20,000 nt of DNA, taken from the IMG/VR virus record IMGVR_UViG_3300024270_002537. The stretch is one strand, 5' to 3'. The position numbers and the translations under genes are program-made. The DNA is from an uncultured virus (IMG/VR IMGVR_UViG_3300024270_002537). Taxonomy: Duplodnaviria > Heunggongvirae > Uroviricota > Caudoviricetes. Positions 8,993 to 15,381 of the stretch are shown piece after piece (within the stretch, counting starts at the first letter, position 1; every line of letters starts with the position of its first letter). The notes under the pieces are model-generated. The model made no database searches and was not told where the DNA came from. It was given only the letters and a program-made list of their open reading frames with translations.

Positions 8993-9163
8993 ATGAGCAA
9001 CCATGATAATGCAAGTATCAGTCAGGAAGAAATTGATAGAACAGCACGTATCAATATGGAAGTGTGCGCTACTTTTGTGGCAAGGATGATTCAAAAATAT
9101 GGGCATGAAGTGTTGGCGGAGATCGAGGAAATGAAGTCAAAAGAGAATACGAATGAGCAGTGA
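8993..9163 (+). CDS. Small protein (56 aa) upstream of the recombinases; not in the ORF track
   Basis: Strong RBS GGGAGGTG (8981-8988), ATG 8993, TGA 9161-9163. Translation MSNHDNASISQEEIDRTARINMEVCATFVARMIQKYGHEVLAEIEEMKSKENTNEQ. Has its own terminator immediately after. Confidence 0.75.
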   Translation: MSNHDNASISQEEIDRTARINMEVCATFVARMIQKYGHEVLAEIEEMKSKENTNEQ

Positions 9164-9164
9164 G

Positions 9165-9201
9165 ATGAGCCGGTTGCATTTTTTTGTAATCGGCTCATTT
9201 T
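9165..9201 (+). terminator. Intrinsic terminator after the 56-aa ORF
   Basis: ATGAGCCGGTTGCA-ttttt(t)-TGTAATCGGCTCAT followed by TTT. Confidence 0.7.
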
Positions 9202-9287
9202 ACCCGCTGACGCAATCGAAAAAGTGCGTTATATTTTAGATCCAAACATGAAAGACGAACAATCATTGAGCAACCGAAAAGGGGGAT

Positions 9288-11171
9288 ATGATGAGAAAGA
9301 AAAAATGTTATATATACACCAGAGTATCCACGATGGCTCAGACAGAGGGTTACAGTTTGGAAGCACAAGTCGAAAGGCTCCGTGAATACGCTGAATATAG
9401 AAATTTGCAGATTGTTGGTGAATACTGTGACGCGGGTAAATCCGGAAAAAGCATAAAAGGAAGACCGGCTTTTCAGGAGATGATGGATGACATTGTAAAT
9501 GGGAAAGATGATGTTTCCTATGTGTTGGTATTCAAGTTATCCAGATTCGGAAGAAACGCTGCAGACGTTCTTAAATCCATGCAGTTACTGAATGATTATG
9601 ATGTGGATTTGGTATGTGTGGATGATGCGATAGATAGTTCCACACAGGGCGGAAGACTCACTCTGGCGATTCTCTCAGCCGTAGCCGAAATTGAGAGAGA
9701 AAACATAACCGTTCAGTTCAATGCCGGTAGGATGCAGAAAGTTTTGGAAGGTGGATGGCCTGGTGGACCAGTTCCGTATGGGTATAGAAACATCAAAAAA
9801 CAGATGCAGATTGAACCCACGGAAGCGGAGTTGGTTAAGAAAATGTTTGAAGCATTTCTTATAGATGGAATGACAACCACATCCGTAGCGGCTTATATGA
9901 ATGAACAAGGATACCGCAGAGTGATTAAAGGCGAAGAAAGACCATTTACCTATGACTTTGTTGCAAATGCGTTGGAGAATCCGTTTTATTGTGGAAAGAT
10001 TCTGTACGGGAAACGAAGTAAGAAAAAAGATGTCATGGTCATACAGGGGATTCATGAACCGATTGTAGATGAAGATTTATGGAAACAAGTGCAAGCGAAA
10101 AGAAAAGAATTATCTGTGAAATGGCAAAAGGTAGATGATCCTGAGCGAATCAGCATACTATCCGGTTTGGTTAAATGCCCGCTGTGTGGCAAAGGCATGA
10201 TTGCAACAAAGAATAAGCATGTGAATAAGAACAGAGGTGGTCATTATAAAACCATTCATTATTATTCATGTAGGAATCATCGTAAATCCAGTGGTCGTGA
10301 ATGTTCTTTTACTCGCCAACTTAATCAGTCAAAGATTGATTCCAGTGTGTTTGAAATCTTTTCTGGGATTACAGCGTTGCCGGAATACCATGAGATGATT
10401 GCGAATGTGCTAGGGAATCAGCCTTCTGTGGAACTATTGGAAAACGAATTGAAAGCCCTGAGGAAACAGCTTAGAAGTTATGAAACCCAGAAACGAAAAC
10501 TGGGAGAGGAGTTGGATGGGCTTGATATTCTGGATGATGATTATGATGAAAACTACGATAGGATACAGTCTGAGATGGATGAAATCTATGACAGAATGGA
10601 TGATGCAGAATCTGCTATATCGAAGATAAAAAAGAAACTGTCTGCGACTAAGAATGGAATCCGTTCTATTGAAAAGGTCAAGGAGTTGGTGGAACATATG
10701 CAGTTGCTCTTTCCTAAAATGACCTGTGACGAGCAAAAGGAGATGTACCGATTGTTCATTGAACGAATAGACATTTATCCGGAAGAACAAGATAATGGGA
10801 AGCTGATAAAAAGTATCACCTTTAAGTTTCCTGTTTATTATGAAGATTATGAGACAGTACCTACTAAAACACCGGATGATCAGATTGGATTTGTATTAGA
10901 TTGCAGTACATTAGGTCTGACGGTGGCAGAGGCAAAAGCAACATATGCAGAGATTAAAGCATATGTGAAAGAAAAGTATGGTGCTCCTGTTCATTCGTTA
11001 TATATTGCTCAGATTAAAAAGAAATATGGTTTGGACATGGGGGTAAATTACAACCTATCCAAAAAGGAAAATGCAAGAGTTCCGACCTGTCCTAAAGAGA
11101 AAGAGGCGTACATTGTGGATGCATTGAAACATTTTAGGATGTTGGACATGTCGGTGGAAATGGAGGCGTAG
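9288..11171 (+). CDS. Large serine recombinase 1 (resolvase + recombinase + Zn-ribbon + coiled coil) with extra C-terminal domain
   Basis: 'YTRVST' catalytic Ser, 'DAGKSG', 'FKLSRFGRN', 'GGPVPYGY', 'GIHEPIV', Zn ligands 'CPLCG…YYSC…C', coiled coil. Additional tail 'KATYAEIKAYVKEKYG…YIAQIKKKYG…CPKEKE…ALKHF'. Confidence 0.95.
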   Translation: MMRKKKCYIYTRVSTMAQTEGYSLEAQVERLREYAEYRNLQIVGEYCDAGKSGKSIKGRPAFQEMMDDIVNGKDDVSYVLVFKLSRFGRNAADVLKSMQLLNDYDVDLVCVDDAIDSSTQGGRLTLAILSAVAEIERENITVQFNAGRMQKVLEGGWPGGPVPYGYRNIKKQMQIEPTEAELVKKMFEAFLIDGMTTTSVAAYMNEQGYRRVIKGEERPFTYDFVANALENPFYCGKILYGKRSKKKDVMVIQGIHEPIVDEDLWKQVQAKRKELSVKWQKVDDPERISILSGLVKCPLCGKGMIATKNKHVNKNRGGHYKTIHYYSCRNHRKSSGRECSFTRQLNQSKIDSSVFEIFSGITALPEYHEMIANVLGNQPSVELLENELKALRKQLRSYETQKRKLGEELDGLDILDDDYDENYDRIQSEMDEIYDRMDDAESAISKIKKKLSATKNGIRSIEKVKELVEHMQLLFPKMTCDEQKEMYRLFIERIDIYPEEQDNGKLIKSITFKFPVYYEDYETVPTKTPDDQIGFVLDCSTLGLTVAEAKATYAEIKAYVKEKYGAPVHSLYIAQIKKKYGLDMGVNYNLSKKENARVPTCPKEKEAYIVDALKHFRMLDMSVEMEA

Positions 11172-11174
11172 GAA

Positions 11175-13247
11175 GTGAAAAGTAAAAGATTAAAATGTTA
11201 TATATACATCAGAGTATCAACCGCAATGCAGGTAGATGGATACAGTTTGGAAGCCCAGAATGATAGACTTACAAAATATGCAGAATTTCAGGGGATGGAA
11301 GTTGTTAAGGTTTATTGCGATGCTGGTAAATCCGGAAAGAACATTACAGGCAGACCGGAGTTCACACAGATGCTTCAGGATGTGGCGGATGGAAAAGATG
11401 GTGTTGATTACATTCTGGTATTCAAGTTATCGCGTTTTGGAAGAAATGCTGCTGATGTATTAAATTCATTGCAATACATACAAGATTTTGGTGTAAACCT
11501 TATCTGTGTGGAAGATGGAATTGATTCATCAAAGGACTCTGGAAAACTTACCATCACGGTATTATCTGCTGTTGCAGAAATTGAGCGTGAGAACATTCTG
11601 GTTCAGACAATGGAAGGAAGAAAGCAGAAAGCCAGAGAGGGAAAATGGAATGGTGGTCAGGCACCATTTGGGTACACACTGGATTCTAAGAACAGCACTC
11701 TGATTGTGAACCCGGAAGAAGCTGAATTGGTAAAACTCATTTATGAGAAATATGTATATGAAGACATGGGATTGGATACAATAGCAAACTTCCTGAATGA
11801 CCGTGGTTATAAAAAGAAGAAGACCAGAAGACGTGAATTGGATTATTTTACAAGGGGAACAGTAAAGAACATTCTGGACAATCCGGTATATGCGGGTAAA
11901 ATCGCATACGGGAAAAATGTTACCGAAAAGGTCAAGGGTACCAGAGACCAGTTCCGAAGAGTTAAGAGCGACGAATATCTTTTGGTAGATGGTCTCCATG
12001 ATGCCATCATTGATGAAGAATTGTGGATGCAGACCAAAGCCAAAAGAAAAATAACCGGGGTAAAATGGAACAAGACACATAGTCTGGAGCATGAACACAT
12101 TTTATCTGGCATTATAAAATGTCCGATATGTGGACATGGTCTGAGTGGTACGGTAAGACGTCGCAAGAATAAGAAAACCGGAGACTATGTGGATGATTTC
12201 TATTATCGCTGTCAACACAGACACAAGATTGATGACGAGCATTTTTGTAATTTTCAACCGTCTCTTAATCAGAATGATTTTAACCGTGAAGTGGAGCAAG
12301 TGATTCTGGATATGGTAAACCATGAGAGCTTCCGTCAATTTGTTATGGAGAAGGTTAATACAAAAGTTGATGTAAGTGCTCTGGAAGAAGAACGTGAGAG
12401 AATCAGAAAGTTGCTCAGACAGGTAATGGGGGCGAAAACAAAGCTCACAGACATGCTTGATAAACTGGATGTAATGGATAAGCATTATGACCGAAAGTAT
12501 CAGGACATGCATGACAGACTGGATAATCTGTATGATAAGATTTCCGAATATGAAGACAGCATTGCAGATATCACAGCGAGAATTGAAGCTGTATATGGAA
12601 ATCAGATTACCGGAAAGCAGATATATGACATTCTGGTACATTTTGAAATGATGTATTATAAAATGACGGACCTTGAAAAGAAAGAGTTTATGAAAGACTT
12701 CATAAACAGTATAGAACTTTATCCAGAAAAGATGTATAATGGAAGCATCGTGAAACAGATAAATTTTAAGTTCGGTGTTTATTATGAAGGGCAAGAAACT
12801 ATGGATATTCGGTTGCTCAACGAAAAAACAGTCGAGACAGTAGCATTATTAAGTCGGCAAATCAACGTGCATAAAATGAAGTTAAATTCTACACCTTTTG
12901 AAATGATAAAGAGCGGAGAAAAAACGATTGAACTCCGCTTGTTTGATGAAAAACGTCAACAAGTAAAAGTGGGTGACAAGGTTATTTTTACAAATACTAC
13001 TACCGGTGAAATGCTCAACAGAACCGTTGTAAAATTGCACCGTTTTGATAGCTTTGAAGAATTGTACAAGTCTTTGCCGCTTTTACAATGTGGATATACA
13101 GTAAGTGATGTTGACAGTGCAAAGCCATCTGATATGGAACAGTATTATTCAATTGAAGAACAGAATCAATATGGTGTTGTTGGAATCGAACTTTGTCGAC
13201 ATAAAGAAATTACAGACGAGAGTGTTTGTCTGTTGTCAAGAAAATAG
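11175..13247 (+). CDS. Large serine recombinase 2, fused in frame to a C-terminal ASCH domain
   Basis: GTG start with RBS GGAGG. Motifs 'YIRVST', 'DAGKSG', 'FKLSRFGRN', 'GGQAPFGY', 'GLHDAII', 'CPICG…YRC…C'. After 'VETVALLSR' the frame continues into an ASCH domain. Confidence 0.93.
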   Translation: MKSKRLKCYIYIRVSTAMQVDGYSLEAQNDRLTKYAEFQGMEVVKVYCDAGKSGKNITGRPEFTQMLQDVADGKDGVDYILVFKLSRFGRNAADVLNSLQYIQDFGVNLICVEDGIDSSKDSGKLTITVLSAVAEIERENILVQTMEGRKQKAREGKWNGGQAPFGYTLDSKNSTLIVNPEEAELVKLIYEKYVYEDMGLDTIANFLNDRGYKKKKTRRRELDYFTRGTVKNILDNPVYAGKIAYGKNVTEKVKGTRDQFRRVKSDEYLLVDGLHDAIIDEELWMQTKAKRKITGVKWNKTHSLEHEHILSGIIKCPICGHGLSGTVRRRKNKKTGDYVDDFYYRCQHRHKIDDEHFCNFQPSLNQNDFNREVEQVILDMVNHESFRQFVMEKVNTKVDVSALEEERERIRKLLRQVMGAKTKLTDMLDKLDVMDKHYDRKYQDMHDRLDNLYDKISEYEDSIADITARIEAVYGNQITGKQIYDILVHFEMMYYKMTDLEKKEFMKDFINSIELYPEKMYNGSIVKQINFKFGVYYEGQETMDIRLLNEKTVETVALLSRQINVHKMKLNSTPFEMIKSGEKTIELRLFDEKRQQVKVGDKVIFTNTTTGEMLNRTVVKLHRFDSFEELYKSLPLLQCGYTVSDVDSAKPSDMEQYYSIEEQNQYGVVGIELCRHKEITDESVCLLSRK
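12822..12860 (+). mobile_element. Putative attR junction of the prophage (RlmD/RumA 3'-end-like site)
   Basis: Encodes EKTVETVALLSRQ, resembling the RlmD/RumA C-terminal motif HVE(T/S)VxLLS. Firmicutes serine-integrase elements are known to target the rumA 3' end. Sits exactly where recombinase-like sequence ends. Confidence 0.6.
12870..13197 (+). other. ASCH (PUA-like) domain coding segment
   Basis: 'HKMKL…PFEMIKSGEKTIELRLFDEKRQQVKVGDKVIF…Y…EEQNQYGVVGIEL' carries the ASCH signature GxKxxExR. Confidence 0.88.
13206..13247 (+). mobile_element. Second RlmD/RumA-tail-like att motif
   Basis: Encodes EITDESVCLLSRK*. DNA gaaattacagacgagagtgt versus gaaaaaacagtcgagacagt at 12822; offset is exactly 384 bp. 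Confidence 0.55.
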
Positions 13248-13270
13248 TATGAATTTAGCAAAGGGGAAGT

Positions 13271-13633
13271 ATGATGAAGAGTGAAAAACAAGAAAGATAT
13301 TTAGACAACCTGTTGCTTAGAGGAATGGTGGATGTTCGTAAATTGGCCGGTGTTGCTAATGCGAAAAAACTTCCTAATGGTGAATTTGGTTTTTGTCTTA
13401 TGTGTCTTAATGGCAGTACTTTGAATCTTTATGATACTAATTTCGAACAAGAAGTGGGAGAACTTCTTTATTCTATAGATTTGAAAAAAATAGCAAATCT
13501 TAAAACAAGTTCATTTATATTAAATAGTTATATCAAATTTACTTATGAAGGATTCAACTACAAGTTAGCAGATTGTGCATATAAAGAACTCTATTCTGCA
13601 ATTGAAAAGGAAGTAAAAGATATTTTTAATTAA
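13271..13633 (+). CDS. Hypothetical protein, 120 aa
   Basis: RBS AAGGGG, AT-rich ORF with no motif I recognise. Confidence 0.7.
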   Translation: MMKSEKQERYLDNLLLRGMVDVRKLAGVANAKKLPNGEFGFCLMCLNGSTLNLYDTNFEQEVGELLYSIDLKKIANLKTSSFILNSYIKFTYEGFNYKLADCAYKELYSAIEKEVKDIFN

Positions 13634-13646
13634 GGAGAACTTGAAA

Positions 13647-13682
13647 TAGGGGATAAATCCAAAAACGTGGATTTATCCCCTA
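13647..13682. repeat. Perfect 15-bp inverted repeat (hairpin; terminator or recombination/binding site)
   Basis: TAGGGGATAAATCCA-aaaacg-TGGATTTATCCCCTA with no clean poly-T tract on the + strand. Confidence 0.8.
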
Positions 13683-13706
13683 AATTTATCTATGGTGAAA
13701 TATGTG

Positions 13707-13755
13707 TTGACTGTAGGTGTCAAGTGTCGTACAATTTATTTATGCAATGCATAAA
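13707..13755 (+). promoter_or_regulatory. SigA promoter with two palindromic operator candidates upstream of the HTH gene
   Basis: TTGACT (13707-12), 17-bp spacer, TACAAT (13730-35). TTGAC-n7-GTCAA overlaps the -35 box; TTTATGCA-a-TGCATAAA (13739-13755) abuts RBS AAGGAG. Confidence 0.7.
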
Positions 13756-13766
13756 GGAGACGATGT

Positions 13767-14003
13767 ATGGAAGCAAGAGAGGAATTAAGAAAATTAAGAG
13801 AAAGTACCGGTATGAACCGAAAAGAATTTTGCGAGTATTTTGAAATACCTTATATGACGGTGACAGACTGGGAATTGGGGAATAGAAGGGTTCCACCATA
13901 TCTTTTGCGATTGATGGCATATAAGATTCAGATGGAGAAACTGGCTGATAAGAAAGGTGAGAAATACGATGGAAGAAACTACAGGATTGATGACAGTAGA
14001 TAA
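13767..14003 (+). CDS. XRE/Cro-C1 family helix-turn-helix protein, 78 aa
   Basis: 'LRKLRESTGMNRKEFCEYFEIPYMTVTDWELGNRRVP' HTH_3 pattern; RBS AAGGAG. Confidence 0.9.
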   Translation: MEAREELRKLRESTGMNRKEFCEYFEIPYMTVTDWELGNRRVPPYLLRLMAYKIQMEKLADKKGEKYDGRNYRIDDSR

Positions 14004-14982
14004 AGTATGCAATCGAGTCTATATCATAAGAGGATAACAGGTTATGTTGGATTATGATTTGGCAGAAATTTATGGATATGAAGTGAAACGTTTAAATGAA
14101 CAAGTGAAACGTAATATTGCAAGGTTTCCGGAAGATTTTATGTTTCAATTAACAAAAGAAGAGATTGATTTCGTGAAGTCGCAATTTGCGACTTCACGAA
14201 AATATAATATGTATGAAGGCCAAGATGGTGGAAGAAGAAAAGCGCCATATGCATTTACAGAGCAAGGAATTTACATGCTGGCAACAGTGCTTAGAGGCGG
14301 ACTTGCAGAGCAACAAAGTATATTTATTATGCGTGCGTTTCGTGAGATGCGACATTATATAAAGCAGAATCAGCAGTTTGTCACTGAGTCGGAAATGAGG
14401 CTTGTAACAGCAAAAGTATCAGAAATATCGGTGCAGGTGGCAGAACTTTCGGATTGGAAAAAGAAAACAGAAAATGACATAGTGAGTATTCAAAAAAGCA
14501 TCGATATACTTAACGAAAATTTTGTGTCAGACAAGGATTTCAAAAGTTTTGTTATTTATAAAGGACAGAAATTTGAGGCGGATACAGCATACATAGATAT
14601 ATACCAGCAGGCAACGACAAGTATTTATGTGGTCGATGATTATATGAATACAAAGACATTGCAACTTTTATCGCAGAAGAAGCAGGGTGTGGAGGTTGCC
14701 TTGTTTACAGAGAACGGGCATGGTAGCAAAGGATTTCTGACATCGGCAGTTGTAAGTGATTTTATCAAGCAATATCCGCCACTTCGAATCAAATCAAATC
14801 CGGAGTGCCATGATAGACTAATTGTGATTGATTATGGCTTACCCACTGAACAAGTGTATCATTGTGGCGCATCCAGTAAGGATGCAGGTAAGAAATTGTG
14901 CGCCATAAACAGGATTGAGAATACAGAGATGATTCGTCCGGTGGTGGATAAATTGTTGTTGGGCGCGGATAAGGTTATTTGA
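13969..14982 (+). pseudogene. ORF6N-domain DNA-binding protein with C-terminal PLD-like fold, interrupted by in-frame TAA at codon 23
   Basis: RBS AAAGGTGA then ATG 13969: MEETTGLMTVDKVCNRVYIIRG*QVMLDYDLAEIYGYEVKRLNEQVKRNIARFPEDFMFQLT…SQFATS…GGRRKAPYAFTEQGIYMLATVL, the ORF6N pattern. TAA is at 14035-14037. C-terminal 'VVDDY…CHDRLIVID…YHCGASSKDAGKK' resembles a degenerate HKD fold. Confidence 0.8.
14169..14201. repeat. Perfect 33-bp palindrome within the ORF6N coding sequence
   Basis: TTTCGTGAAGTCGCAA-T-TTGCGACTTCACGAAA (16-bp arms, 1-nt centre). Confidence 0.95.
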
Positions 14983-15011
14983 TTTTTAACGAATGCAATT
15001 TGCGACTTTAA

Positions 15012-15077
15012 AAAGACCTCATAAACAGTATTGAACTTTGCTCATAAAAGATGGATAATGGAAGTGTTGTAAAACAG
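15012..15077 (+). pseudogene. Remnant of a serine recombinase 3' region
   Basis: 55/66 nt identical (hand alignment, ungapped) to 12693-12758 of recombinase 2. Reads KDLINSIELCS*KMDNGSVVKQ versus KDFINSIELYPEKMYNGSIVKQ. Confidence 0.85.
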
Positions 15078-15078
15078 T

Positions 15079-15360
15079 ATGCATCTGAACACGAGATTGA
15101 TATGTGATTATGGGCGTGGCATTGACAAATTCGAGGAGAGTAAAATTGTCCGTTTGGTGCAGGAAACCATTTTGAATGTTAAAAAGGCAGAGCTGTTTTA
15201 TGACGGATATGTCGGGGATTTGTTGTATGATACAACGAACGAATTGGTGGACTTGGACGAGTTAATGGACTGCTATCTTAATAGGAGCATAGTGAAACAT
15301 ACCGGTTTTGCAACACCGGAAGAAATAGTCATGCACTATATATTATCCGGATTATACTAA
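15079..15360 (+). CDS. 93-aa ORF, probably the detached N-terminal part of the RecQ-like gene
   Basis: Same frame as 15382-18093, separated only by TAA 15358-15360 and seven sense codons. No clear RBS at either start. Confidence 0.5.
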   Translation: MHLNTRLICDYGRGIDKFEESKIVRLVQETILNVKKAELFYDGYVGDLLYDTTNELVDLDELMDCYLNRSIVKHTGFATPEEIVMHYILSGLY

Positions 15361-15381
15361 TCTTTTCTGAAAGACGTAAAA

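Larger units (their letters stand above)
1..12857 (+). mobile_element. Prophage (siphovirus-like, serine-integrase type), right arm
   Basis: Gene order TMP-tail-holin-endolysin-cargo-small ORF-two serine recombinases-att-like site. Left part lies outside the window. Confidence 0.85.

Noticed and set aside
9207..9235. Promoter for the recombinases (CTGACG-17-TATATT)
   Set aside because: Only a moderate match to consensus; plausible but not supportable by eye.
13185..13692. Short similar motifs at putative cassette borders (actttgtcga, aatttagcaa, aatttatcta)
   Set aside because: Too short and AT-rich to distinguish from chance without cross-genome data.
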